Shown: positions 48,340 through 57,485 of the stretch, in pieces
How the letters are laid out: every line of letters starts with the position of its first letter
Numbering within the stretch: the stretch's first letter is position 1
Origin: a virus
Taxonomy: Duplodnaviria > Caudoviricetes
Direction: 5' to 3' (one strand)
Length of the DNA: 64,000 nt
IMG/VR virus record: IMGVR_UViG_2974792740_000001
Span: 1-64,000 of that record
The notes under the pieces: generated by a model
What the model was told of the DNA's origin: nothing
Seen by the model: the letters and a program-made list of their open reading frames with translations, nothing else
The model's database searches: none
Position numbers and translations under genes: made by a program

Positions 48340-49199
48340 AGGTCGGCTCAATCTGCTCAGGAATCGGAGGGCTCGACCTCGCCGTAGAAACCTTCTTCGG
48401 GGCCGAACTCGCCTGGTACGCAGAGAATGCCGAAGCGCCGGCCAAAGTCATGGCAGAGCATTGGCCGGGGATCCCGAACCTGGGAGACATCACCACGCAA
48501 CGCTGGTGGGATACGCCCCGCGTGGACATCCTCTGCGGAGGCTACCCATGCCAGCCGTTCTCCCAAGCCGGAAAGAAGAAGGGCGTCAATGACGAACGAC
48601 ACCTCTGGCCGCACATCCGGCAAGCCATTCGCTGGATACGACCGCGCTTCACGATCCTGGAAAACGTATCCGGGCACCGGAAAACAGGATTCGACACGGT
48701 TCTCGGGGACTTGGCCGAGGATGGGATGTACGCACGGTGGGTTAGCGTTCGAGCTTCAGACATCGGCGCTCCACACGGACGGGACCGAGTATTTCTCGTC
48801 GCCGCAACCGAAGGTGTCTGGCAGGCCCAAGCTCTTCCCGACACCAAGGTCAGCGGATGCTATCGCTGGCCCGGACTTCTCCCGAGCCAGCAGGCCGAAC
48901 AGCGGAGGCGACGATCTGGTTACGGTGATAGCTCGACTGTCGATTGGGGCGTTTACGAACCCGCAGTGAGGCATTGGGAATCGTGGCATGGTCCCGCTCC
49001 GATGCCAGCGGTCCCCGGCAAGGATGGCCGTCCCCGCGTTGTGCCCCAGCTTGAAGAGTGGATGATGGGTTTCCCTCCCGGTTGGGTGACGAGCATGGGC
49101 ATTGGGCGTCCGGATGCTATGCGTGCGTTCGGGAATGCTGTGTGTCCTCCGCAGGCTGTGCACGCGCTGCATCTGCTGTTCAGTGAGGGGTGGCCGTGA
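48336..49199 (+). CDS. DNA (cytosine-5) methyltransferase
   Basis: CSGIGG (I), GGYPCQPFS (IV), ENV (VI), RDRVF (VIII), FGNAV (X). Confidence 0.92.
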   Translation: MKVGSICSGIGGLDLAVETFFGAELAWYAENAEAPAKVMAEHWPGIPNLGDITTQRWWDTPRVDILCGGYPCQPFSQAGKKKGVNDERHLWPHIRQAIRWIRPRFTILENVSGHRKTGFDTVLGDLAEDGMYARWVSVRASDIGAPHGRDRVFLVAATEGVWQAQALPDTKVSGCYRWPGLLPSQQAEQRRRRSGYGDSSTVDWGVYEPAVRHWESWHGPAPMPAVPGKDGRPRVVPQLEEWMMGFPPGWVTSMGIGRPDAMRAFGNAVCPPQAVHALHLLFSEGWP

Positions 49200-49636
49200 G
49201 CGAAGTGTTCATTGCCGGGGAACCGGCTCCGCAAGGCAGCAAGCAAGCCTACGTTCGTGGTGGGCGTGCAGTCCTCGTTGAAGCGTCAAAGAAGCTGATG
49301 CCGTGGCGCAAACATGTTGCGACGGTGTTCGGCGAGTTCTGGGATCGTGGCCCGATTGAAGGTGGTGTGCGCGCGGACATCGAGTTTGTGATGCCTCGCC
49401 CGAAGTCGTTGCCGAAGACGAAGCCCACTCCCCCTGCTATCAAGAGACCGGATGTGGACAAGCTGGTTCGCGCCATCTTCGATGCCATCACTGGCCGTGC
49501 GTTTCTTGATGATTCGCAGGTTGTGGATATGAGGGTGTTGAAGCGTGTGGCCGAGCTGGATGAGCCGTCTGGTGTCTTCATTGAAGTGAAGGAATCAGGT
49601 GCAATACCGCGACGGGCACGACCCGTACACGTTTGA
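49196..49636 (+). CDS. rusA: RusA-like Holliday junction resolvase
   Basis: PAPQGSK, KRPDVDKLVRAIFDAIT, DDSQVV. Confidence 0.92.
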   Translation: MSEVFIAGEPAPQGSKQAYVRGGRAVLVEASKKLMPWRKHVATVFGEFWDRGPIEGGVRADIEFVMPRPKSLPKTKPTPPAIKRPDVDKLVRAIFDAITGRAFLDDSQVVDMRVLKRVAELDEPSGVFIEVKESGAIPRRARPVHV

Positions 49637-50291
49637 CGATGATGAGGTCGGCCTCAATTATCAGGCGCTCCGCATGTTGTGGCGGTCTCGGGCCATTCAC
49701 CGGCAGGCCGTTACTGACTGGATGACCCAGCGCCCCACCGTCGATGAAGTTGAGTTGCCCGAGGATGTGACGGAGAAGCTGCAACGCCTCGCCGCGCAGA
49801 ACTCCCGCCGGCCTGACGCTGTGCAGCTCATTCAGCAAATCCCGTATGTGGTTGCGTGGTTTCGGGAATCGATGGTCGCTGGGTCTCATCCGGGCGGCGA
49901 AGAGGACATCAAGTCTTCTGCTGGCCCCTCGTCTCGCCCACCTTTTCGTGTGGCGTTCATGTCGGCTGCTGATCGTGAGGTGGCCGCTCTGGTGCATTGG
50001 TGTCACGAGTGTGGCGTCAGTGTGCGTGGCCCGGTGTACATGGTTGCCGGGTCTATCCGTGGTGTGTCGCCGCGTGATCCGAGTTCCCCGATCCGCCAGA
50101 TGGCCGAAGAGTTGTCGGACGCTGTTTCGCGGTGGGGTGAACCGGAAGGTATCTACACCGACCCTGAGTTTGGTTTGTGGTCGATTCGTTCTGCGCACTA
50201 CGGCATTTGGCCCGAGTTGGGGTCTTTGTTCACTGAGGATCCGGATGTTCCGGATCCGGATGATGATGTTGAGCCGGAAGGTTTGTTTTGA
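49599..50291 (+). CDS. Hypothetical protein
   Basis: 230-aa ORF in operon orientation. Confidence 0.55.
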   Translation: MQYRDGHDPYTFDDDEVGLNYQALRMLWRSRAIHRQAVTDWMTQRPTVDEVELPEDVTEKLQRLAAQNSRRPDAVQLIQQIPYVVAWFRESMVAGSHPGGEEDIKSSAGPSSRPPFRVAFMSAADREVAALVHWCHECGVSVRGPVYMVAGSIRGVSPRDPSSPIRQMAEELSDAVSRWGEPEGIYTDPEFGLWSIRSAHYGIWPELGSLFTEDPDVPDPDDDVEPEGLF

Positions 50292-51235
50292 CAGAACTGA
50301 TTGCAATGCGGGGCCTGCCTGGTTCCGGGAAGACCACCCGTGCTCGCCGAATCGCCGCCGCCACTGGGGCTGTCGTTGTCGGTCGTGACTTCGAACGCTT
50401 CCAGATGTTCGGCGAGTGGTGGACTGGCGGCAAACCCGAGCACGAGGATGCAGTCACGGTCGCCCTGAACGCCAAGGTGCGAGCCTTGCTGAAGGCGAAT
50501 CAATCTGTGGTCGTTGACAACACGCACATTCGCCTCGGTTACCTGAAGGATTGGGCGAAGGTCGCTTCGGAGTGTGGGGCCACGTTCCGGATTGAAGACG
50601 TGAAGACGGACGTTGAAGAGTGCATCCGCCGAGACAATGACCGTTTTCACAACTTCGGTGGCGACCGGGCGAGCTTGGGTGGCGACAGACTGGTGGGCGA
50701 GCAGGCGATTCGCCGAATGGCATCACGCATTGACTGGCGTATGCCGAAGCCGGTAGCGCCCATTGAGATCGAACCCGTTGACCACAAGGTTGCCGAAGAG
50801 CTGATGCTTCCCGGCGCGATCCTCGTGGACATCGACGGCACACTCGCCCACATGACGGGGCGCAGCCCGTACGACTACAGCCGCGTTGGTGAAGACATGG
50901 TGGACTTCGCTGTTCGCGGGATCGTTCAGGACTACGAAGAACTCGGTTACGACATCATCGTGTGCTCGGGCCGTGACGACGAATGCCGCACCATGACCGT
51001 GGCATGGTTGCTCGCCAACGACATCCCGTTCCACAAGCTGCTCATGCGGCCCACGGACGCCAAGGACGCCAACGGCAACAAACTCCCCGACTGGATCGTC
51101 AAATACAACCTGTTCAACGAGAACGTGCGCGGCAAGTACGACGTGGCATTCGTCCTCGACGACCGCAATCAGGTTGTGGACATGTGGCGCAAGCTCGGGC
51201 TGAAGTGTTTGCAGGTTGCCCCCGGCGACTTCTGA
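50288..51235 (+). CDS. pnk: Polynucleotide 5'-kinase / 3'-phosphatase (T4 PseT-like)
   Basis: GLPGSGKTT P-loop plus HAD domain DIDGT, CSGR, VLDDR. Confidence 0.93.
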   Translation: MTELIAMRGLPGSGKTTRARRIAAATGAVVVGRDFERFQMFGEWWTGGKPEHEDAVTVALNAKVRALLKANQSVVVDNTHIRLGYLKDWAKVASECGATFRIEDVKTDVEECIRRDNDRFHNFGGDRASLGGDRLVGEQAIRRMASRIDWRMPKPVAPIEIEPVDHKVAEELMLPGAILVDIDGTLAHMTGRSPYDYSRVGEDMVDFAVRGIVQDYEELGYDIIVCSGRDDECRTMTVAWLLANDIPFHKLLMRPTDAKDANGNKLPDWIVKYNLFNENVRGKYDVAFVLDDRNQVVDMWRKLGLKCLQVAPGDF

Positions 51236-51405
51236 TGTACGTCGCGCCGGATCGTCCAGCTCTCGAATGCCAGGCGTGCGGTATGGCACTGCAAGCACTC
51301 ACTGACGAGCAAGCCGCCGACATGGCACTCAATCCCTACAACTACATCGCCTTTTGTGCCCCGTGTAAGCGCAAGGGCTATCACATAGAACCAGGATTCT
51401 TATGA
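51235..51405 (+). CDS. Small Zn-ribbon protein
   Basis: MYVAPDRPALECQACG..FCAPCK; TGATG overlap. Confidence 0.5.
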   Translation: MYVAPDRPALECQACGMALQALTDEQAADMALNPYNYIAFCAPCKRKGYHIEPGFL

Positions 51406-52718
51406 CCAACAGTCTCTCTGTTGTCGGCAGTAGCAACTACGCCGCACAGATCGTCCGAGTGCCCGCCACCTACCCGCTCGACGGACTCGATAACCTCGTC
51501 GGCATCAAGGTTTTCAACAGCCAAATCCTCACCCAGAAGGGCGAAGTCGAACCGGGCGACCTCCGCGTCTACTTCCCCGCAGAGGTTCGCCTCTCCGACA
51601 AGTACCTGTCGGCCAACAACCTGTTCCGGGATCCGTTCCTCAACCGGGACAGCACGGCCACACCCGGCTACTTCGAAACCAACGGTCGCGTCAAGGCAAT
51701 CAAGCTGCGCGGGCACCGCTCGGACGGCCTGCTGATGCCGATCGAATCTCTGCTCGCCTTCGGTGCTCGCGGAGAGGATCTGGTTGAGGGTGCCGTGTTC
51801 GACACCATCAACGGGATCGAGATTTCCCGCAAGTATGAGGTGAAGACCAATGCGCCGGCCGATCCCTCAGCGAAGAAGGTGAAGAAGGCGTTCAAGCGGG
51901 TCACCACGAAGGTGTTCCCCGAGCACATCGACACCGACAACTTCTTCCGCAACCAGCACCTTCTCGACACGTCGCGGGAAGTCATCATCACCCAGAAGTT
52001 GCACGGCACGAGCATCCGTGTGGGGCGCGTTCCGGTGCTGCGCGAGATCGGCTGGGTGGAGCGCATCTTCAACAAGGTGGGTGGCCTGTTCGGCATCTCC
52101 ACGGCTTCGCACGCCTACGAGGTTGTGTGTGGTTCGCGGAAGGTCATCAAGGATGTGACGAACCCGCGCAGCCAGCACTACTACGGCACGGACATCTGGT
52201 CACAGTACGGCATCCAGATCGGTGACCTGATCCCCGAGGGGTTCATCGTGTACGGCGAGTTGATCGGTTGGACGCCGGATGGCAAGCCGATTCAGAAGAA
52301 CTACACCTACGACGTGCCGGTTGGTAAGCGTGAGCTGTACGTGTACCGGGTGGCTCGCGTGGATGTGAATGGCACGATGACGGATTTGTCGTGGGATGCG
52401 GTGCGTGAGTTTTGCGTTGAGCGTGGGCTGAAGCATGTGCCCGAGCTGTGGCGGATCAATGACGAGTACACGACAGCTTACGGTGAGGATCTTGAAGAGC
52501 ACGTCTTGGAGCTGATGGACAAGCGTCACGCCGATCTCGATTGGCAGCCCAAGGATCCGCAGATTCCTTTGTCCGATCCGAAGACGGTTGATGAGGGTGT
52601 GTGCATCCGCCAGGAGCGGCTTGTTCCCACGATCCTGAAGGCGAAGTCGCCTGTGTTCTTGCAGCACGAAACCAAGCAGCTCGATACGGGCGAAGCCGAC
52701 CTCGAAAGCGCAGCATGA
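51402..52718 (+). CDS. RNA ligase (Rnl2 / DRB0094-like)
   Basis: N-terminal OB-like domain; TQKLHGTS (motif I), VYGE, VDEGVCIR (IV), KAKS (V). Confidence 0.88.
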   Translation: MTNSLSVVGSSNYAAQIVRVPATYPLDGLDNLVGIKVFNSQILTQKGEVEPGDLRVYFPAEVRLSDKYLSANNLFRDPFLNRDSTATPGYFETNGRVKAIKLRGHRSDGLLMPIESLLAFGARGEDLVEGAVFDTINGIEISRKYEVKTNAPADPSAKKVKKAFKRVTTKVFPEHIDTDNFFRNQHLLDTSREVIITQKLHGTSIRVGRVPVLREIGWVERIFNKVGGLFGISTASHAYEVVCGSRKVIKDVTNPRSQHYYGTDIWSQYGIQIGDLIPEGFIVYGELIGWTPDGKPIQKNYTYDVPVGKRELYVYRVARVDVNGTMTDLSWDAVREFCVERGLKHVPELWRINDEYTTAYGEDLEEHVLELMDKRHADLDWQPKDPQIPLSDPKTVDEGVCIRQERLVPTILKAKSPVFLQHETKQLDTGEADLESAA

Positions 52719-53566
52719 CAGTTCACCTGTACGCAGCCGACCTCACCGACAGGTCGAAACCACTCATCAACGTTCAACGCTTCCAGTTTCCCGGTGGCGA
52801 ACAACACCTCCACATGCCCGCCCTGATCGACGGACACGAGTACGAATGGGTTGCTGTAGTCAAGGGGGCCGACGCCAACGAACTCGTCACAGCGGGCCTC
52901 CTGGCCGACATCGCCTACCAGCGAGGGGAAGCATCCTCACTCCTGCTGCCCTACCTTCCGGCTGCACGGGCTGATCGGGGCCAGCCGTTCGCCCTCGACA
53001 CCTACGCGAATGTCATTGGCGCACTCAACTTCGACGTGGTTGCCACTCTCGATGTTCACAGCCAGGTAGGCATCGATATGGAGTTCGGGGACTCCTACCA
53101 TGTGCACCTGTCGGCCACTCCGCTTGTGGTTGCGGCGGTTGAGCATCAGGACAAGTTTGATGCTGTGATCGCTCCGGACTCTGGCGCTTTCGATCGTGCG
53201 CAGTCGGTGGCCCTGGCCCTGCGGGTGCCGGTGTACAGCGGCGTGAAGGAACGGGACTTCGCGACCGGGAAGCTCAGCAACTTCTATTACTCGGGTCCGA
53301 CCGACGGCAATTTCCTTGTGGTCGATGACATCTGTGATGGTGGTGGCACGTTCGCCGGGTTTGCTGCGGTGTCGGGGATTCCTCGCGAGAACCTGTCGTT
53401 GTGGATCACGCATGGCATCTTCTCGAAGGGCTCTGCGTCGAATTTGTTCCGCAATTACAAGGCTGTGTACACGACGGATTCGCATCCGGGTTCGGCGAAT
53501 CTTCATGCGACTGTTCGTGTGCCGGTTGTGCCGCACATGTGGAAGCACGTAGCAGGAGGTCTGTGA
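52715..53566 (+). CDS. Ribose-phosphate pyrophosphokinase-like protein (candidate Adps of NARP1)
   Basis: FPGGEQH, PYLPAARADR, LDVHS, IAPDSGA, VVDDICDGGGTF. Confidence 0.88.
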   Translation: MTVHLYAADLTDRSKPLINVQRFQFPGGEQHLHMPALIDGHEYEWVAVVKGADANELVTAGLLADIAYQRGEASSLLLPYLPAARADRGQPFALDTYANVIGALNFDVVATLDVHSQVGIDMEFGDSYHVHLSATPLVVAAVEHQDKFDAVIAPDSGAFDRAQSVALALRVPVYSGVKERDFATGKLSNFYYSGPTDGNFLVVDDICDGGGTFAGFAAVSGIPRENLSLWITHGIFSKGSASNLFRNYKAVYTTDSHPGSANLHATVRVPVVPHMWKHVAGGL

Positions 53567-53784
53567 TGGGTCGGATGCAAGTCAAGGATGTGGAGTCCAC
53601 CAAGCGCGTTCTCTCTATGGCTGACGATCAGTCGAAGTTGATCCTAACGGAAGCGCTGGGATCTGGCGTTGCGGTCATAGAGGTTGCCGGTAGTTCCTAC
53701 AGTGCGTACGCCAGCATTGTGCTCGACAAAGAGTCCGCAGTCATTCTCGGTGAACGCCTCATCGAATTCGGAAGCCAACCCTGA
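53566..53784 (+). CDS. Small hypothetical protein between the Prs-like and Nampt-like genes
   Basis: SD AGGAGG, TGATG overlap, 72 aa. Confidence 0.55.
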   Translation: MGRMQVKDVESTKRVLSMADDQSKLILTEALGSGVAVIEVAGSSYSAYASIVLDKESAVILGERLIEFGSQP

Positions 53785-53792
53785 AAGGGAAC

Positions 53793-55280
53793 ATGACAAG
53801 CACACGTACCTATTTCGAACCCGTAGCGGCACTCTTCCAGACCGACGCCTACAAGCTCGGACACATCCAGCAATACCAGCTCGCCGGAAACGTCACCCGC
53901 GTCTACAGCAACTACACCAACCGCAAGAGTCGAATCCCCGGCGTCGACAACGTTGTCCACTTCGGCCTTCAGGCATTCATCCAGAAGAACCTCATGGAAG
54001 CGTTTGAACCGTTCTTCGAGTCCGATGAGGACGTGGTTGCCGAACTGTACGAAGAGCGTGTCACGTCGATCCTGGGGCCGAATACGATCGGTTCCGATCA
54101 CATCCGTGCACTGCACCGACTCGGGTATCTTCCGCTGCGGTTCTGTGCGGTCCCGGAAGGCACCCTCGTGCCCATCCGGATCCCCTCGTTCACGGTGGAG
54201 AACACTCTGCCTGAGTTCTTCTGGCTGACCAACTACATCGAGACCGCCCTGTCGGCTGGTGTGTGGCAGGCGAGCACGTCGGCCACCATTGCCAGCGAGT
54301 ACCGGCAGATCCTTGACACGGCGGCGTGGGAGACGGGTAGCAGCTTCGATGCTGTCGACTTCCAGGTTCACGATTTCAGCTACCGGGGAATGAGTTCCAA
54401 TGAGTCTGCGCAGGTTTCGGGTGCGGCGCACCTGCTTTCGTTCTCCGGGACGGACTCTCTGGTCGCTCTCGATTGGATTGACCGCTACTACGGAGGCTCG
54501 GATTACGTTGCGGCGTCAGTCCCGGCGACAGAGCACAGTGTCATGTGCACCGGAATCGCCAAGCTCGGTGAGCAGGAAATGTTCTCCAAGCTTCTCGACC
54601 TCTACCCGTCGGGGATCGTTTCCGTCGTGTCAGACACCTTCGATCTGTGGCGTGTCCTCACGGAGTACCTGCCAGCACTGCGCACTAAGGTACTTGCGCG
54701 AGACGGGAAGCTAGTCATCCGCCCGGACTCGGGCGACCCGCAGAAGATCATCTGTGGCGACCCTGACGCCCCTGAGGGCAGCAATGAGTACCTGGGTGTG
54801 ATCGGCCTGCTGGATCGCACGTTCGGTTCGACTCCGAACAAGCTCGGCTACTACGAGCTGGACTCGCACGTCGGCATCATCTACGGCGATTCGATCACCG
54901 TGGAGCGGGCAAAGGCGATCACTGACGATCTGGCTTCGCAGAACTACGCGAGCACGAATGTGGTGTTCGGTGTCGGTAGCTTCACCTACCAGTACAACAC
55001 GCGTGACACCTTCGGTTCGGCGATGAAGGCTACGTGGGCTGAGGTGGACGGTGAGGGTGTCAATCTGCTGAAAGACCCGATCACTGACGATGGCACGAAG
55101 AAGTCGGCTACGGGCCGTCTGGCGGTCAATGTGGATGACATGGGTGCCTGGACCCTGACCGAGAAGGCTAACGAATGGGAAGAGGCCCTGAGTGACCTTC
55201 AGCCCGTTTGGGAGAACGGTCAGTTCATCCAGCGTCAGACCTTCCAGGACGTGAGGAAGAAGCTCGCATACTGGGGGTGA
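53793..55280 (+). CDS. Nicotinamide phosphoribosyltransferase-like protein (candidate Namat of NARP1)
   Basis: TDAYKLGH, HDFSYRG, GTDS, ATEHSVM, SVVSDTFD, IRPDSGDP, GDSIT, RDTFG..K, KKSATG. Confidence 0.92.
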   Translation: MTSTRTYFEPVAALFQTDAYKLGHIQQYQLAGNVTRVYSNYTNRKSRIPGVDNVVHFGLQAFIQKNLMEAFEPFFESDEDVVAELYEERVTSILGPNTIGSDHIRALHRLGYLPLRFCAVPEGTLVPIRIPSFTVENTLPEFFWLTNYIETALSAGVWQASTSATIASEYRQILDTAAWETGSSFDAVDFQVHDFSYRGMSSNESAQVSGAAHLLSFSGTDSLVALDWIDRYYGGSDYVAASVPATEHSVMCTGIAKLGEQEMFSKLLDLYPSGIVSVVSDTFDLWRVLTEYLPALRTKVLARDGKLVIRPDSGDPQKIICGDPDAPEGSNEYLGVIGLLDRTFGSTPNKLGYYELDSHVGIIYGDSITVERAKAITDDLASQNYASTNVVFGVGSFTYQYNTRDTFGSAMKATWAEVDGEGVNLLKDPITDDGTKKSATGRLAVNVDDMGAWTLTEKANEWEEALSDLQPVWENGQFIQRQTFQDVRKKLAYWG

Positions 55281-55285
55281 CCTGA

Positions 55286-55825
55286 TTGGCGATCGACTAC
55301 ACCAAGCCGACTGCCGGTAGGGACTCGATGGCCGGAAAGTTGCTGGCGCAGAAACAGGGTCGCACTACTGGGCTACGCGACTCGGTGTCGTGGGGCGCGG
55401 AACGCGAACTGCTGATGCAGGTTGGCGAGCAGTTGAAAGCCATACACGGGGCGGTCGATGGACCCAAGCCGGTACAGAAGATTTCGTACAAGAAAGTACG
55501 CAAGCCTGATGTTTCATCGGCCCCCCGCTTCAAGGCCCTAAAGCCATGCCCACGGTGTGGCGCGTGGCGAGTCCACCGACTGGCCGAGCCCAACCCGGAC
55601 CCACCCAACGTGGTCGACAACGGCGAAATCCTCTGCTCCGCAGACGACATCAACGCCGAAGTCTACCTCGGGTGGGCCACCTCAACGACCGAGATTGTCG
55701 GCTACGGCAACCTTCAGCCAACGAGGACCATCAAGAACGGGCCGCGACTCGACCGCTTCGACGAACGAGGATTCGAGGTCATTCGCATCTGCCCAGAATG
55801 CGCACACACATGGGGTGAAATCTGA
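55286..55825 (+). CDS. Hypothetical Zn-finger protein
   Basis: CPRCG..H and CPECAHTW. Confidence 0.6.
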   Translation: MAIDYTKPTAGRDSMAGKLLAQKQGRTTGLRDSVSWGAERELLMQVGEQLKAIHGAVDGPKPVQKISYKKVRKPDVSSAPRFKALKPCPRCGAWRVHRLAEPNPDPPNVVDNGEILCSADDINAEVYLGWATSTTEIVGYGNLQPTRTIKNGPRLDRFDERGFEVIRICPECAHTWGEI

Positions 55826-55857
55826 ACACACACAAACAGATCGCATACGACAACCTG

Positions 55858-56592
55858 ATGATGCTCGGCATAGCAGGATCGCAGCTCTACGGCACCAACC
55901 TGGACAACGGCGACAACGACCAGATGGGTGTTTGCCTGGAACCGCCCGCCTACGTGACTGGACTGGAAACCTTCGAGCAGTACCAGTACCATTCCGCCGG
56001 CAAGGACACTCGTTCCAGCGCAGACGATCTCGATCTCACGATCTACAGTCTCCGCAAATGGGCAAAGCTTGCAGCGGCAGGCAACCCCACGGTCCTGCTG
56101 TTGGGGTTCACTCCCGATGAGCTACTGCTCCATGACAGCCTGGACGGTCGGATCCTTCGCTACTCGATGCACCGTTTCATGTCCCGGCAGGCTGCGGGCA
56201 AGTTCTACGGCTACCTGGAATCCCAACGCAAGCAGATGCTCGGTCTCACCGGACGTAAGCACAGCAACCGGCCAGAGCTGGTCGAGCAGTTCGGTTTCGA
56301 CACCAAGTTCGCCTACCACGCAGTGAGACTCGGAATGCAAGGCGTCGAGTACCTGACGACGGGCGAGATGACGCTGCCCATGCGGGAAGAGGAACGCAAC
56401 TACCTGATCGACATCAGGCAAGGCCGCGAGTCCTTCGACGATGTGGTCACGGTCATCAACCTGTACCAAGGGCTGCTGCTCAAGCTGATGCGTTCCGCCG
56501 AGCTGCCCCCGCGTGCCGACTATCAGTGGATTAATCGGTGGCTCACTGACACGTATGTGATCCACTGGAACGAGAGGGGCTATCTGCTCTGA
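55858..56592 (+). CDS. Pol-beta-fold nucleotidyltransferase (RlaP/PF10127-like); true start possibly CTG 55822
   Basis: AGSQLYGTN..DNDQMG (GS..DxD-like), NPTVL, GFDTKFAYHAVRL, LIDIRQG. Confidence 0.82.
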   Translation: MMLGIAGSQLYGTNLDNGDNDQMGVCLEPPAYVTGLETFEQYQYHSAGKDTRSSADDLDLTIYSLRKWAKLAAAGNPTVLLLGFTPDELLLHDSLDGRILRYSMHRFMSRQAAGKFYGYLESQRKQMLGLTGRKHSNRPELVEQFGFDTKFAYHAVRLGMQGVEYLTTGEMTLPMREEERNYLIDIRQGRESFDDVVTVINLYQGLLLKLMRSAELPPRADYQWINRWLTDTYVIHWNERGYLL

Positions 56593-56834
56593 CGGTCTGG
56601 CTCGACGAAACCGAGGCAATCACATTCATAGGGCGGCACAAACGCACCCTACGCAGATGGCGCAAGCATCGGATCGTTGTAGCCCGTCGCACCAAGTACG
56701 GCTACGAGTACGACAAACAATCCCTGCGATCCGCGAAACTGCGTATGGCGCAAAGGGCTGACGAACAGGAGTACAACGGTGGACGACCGCGAAAATACGC
56801 CCCCCAGCCAGGAGACATGGATTACCTCTTCTGA
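56589..56834 (+). CDS. HTH DNA-binding protein with candidate CTG start (81 aa), absent from ORF track
   Basis: Translated by hand: (M)TVWLDETEAITFIGRHKRTLRRWRKHRIVVARRTKYGYEYDKQSL...; GAGAGGGG SD upstream; CTGA overlap with the upstream stop. Confidence 0.6.
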   Translation: MTVWLDETEAITFIGRHKRTLRRWRKHRIVVARRTKYGYEYDKQSLRSAKLRMAQRADEQEYNGGRPRKYAPQPGDMDYLF

Positions 56835-56979
56835 CTACGACCGCGCTGTGCACATCATCGCCGAATCGGCGTACGGGCGTGAGCCCACTGCCGAGGATTT
56901 GAACCAGGCTGAGAAGCTGGTCGCGGTGTTCTACAGCCTCGTGGATGCGAAGCTAATCGCGTGTCCCCCTGGGGAGTAA
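56779..56979 (+). CDS. Hypothetical protein
   Basis: AGGAG SD then GTG; 66 aa. Confidence 0.45.
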   Translation: MDDRENTPPSQETWITSSDYDRAVHIIAESAYGREPTAEDLNQAEKLVAVFYSLVDAKLIACPPGE

Positions 56980-57043
56980 TGTTGTAAGTGAATCGGGGTT
57001 GAGAGAGCGCCCAAGACATTGAACGGCGCTCCCCACTCCGAGG

Positions 57044-57099
57044 CTGACTGCGTTGCCGATTGGATCGGAATCAACGCGGGTTCGAATCCCGCCAGTCAG
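57044..57099 (+). ncRNA. Mini tRNA-like element (acceptor-like stem plus T-arm, no canonical D/anticodon arms)
   Basis: CTGACTG / CAGTCAG ends; GCGGG-TTCGAAT-CCCGC T-arm. Confidence 0.5.
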
Positions 57100-57102
57100 A
57101 CG

Positions 57103-57233
57103 GGCGCAGATGCGTAGATTGTGGTTACTTCACTAATTGGATATGCAGGTTCAAGTCCTGCCGTCAAGCCTCTCAGGCCGCTGAGCCTTGATGCTCGACG
57201 TTTGTTCCACGATCGACCAAGTTCCCTCGCGCC
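57103..57233 (+). ncRNA. Y-RNA-like module 1 (YrlA-like, with T-arm)
   Basis: GGCGC/GCGCC, AGATGCG, GATTGTGG/CCACGATC, TTACTTC, T-arm GCAGG-TTCAAGT-CCTGC. Confidence 0.7.
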
Positions 57234-57240
57234 AACTACC

Positions 57241-57315
57241 ACCCCAGATGCGAAGGCTGCACAGTTACTTCAATTGGATGAAACGCACACTGTGTGCCAT
57301 CCAGTCCCCTGGGGT
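57241..57315 (+). ncRNA. Y-RNA-like module 2 (minimal)
   Basis: ACCCCAG/CTGGGGT, GATGCGAAG, GCACAG/CTGTGT, TTACTTC. Confidence 0.65.
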
Positions 57316-57325
57316 TACATCTTCA

Positions 57326-57473
57326 CGTTCAGATGCGTAGAGACGTTGGTTACTTCCATGCTAAGGACGAGGTTGCGGGTTCGAATCCCGCCCAGTCAGG
57401 CCGCAAGGCAGGTCAGGTAGCTCAATCGGCTAGAGCGCGTAAACACACCAACACTCGGCAAGTTCCCTGAACG
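57326..57473 (+). ncRNA. yrlA: Y-RNA-like module 3 (YrlA: permuted T-arm, closed acceptor hairpin, D-arm)
   Basis: CGTTCAG/CTGAACG, AGATGCG, GTTGGT/ACCAAC, TTACTTC; T-arm GCGGG-TTCGAAT-CCCGC precedes D-arm TA-GCTC-AATCGGCTA-GAGC; upstream of Ro60. Confidence 0.8.
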
Positions 57474-57485
57474 ATCAAACATTCC

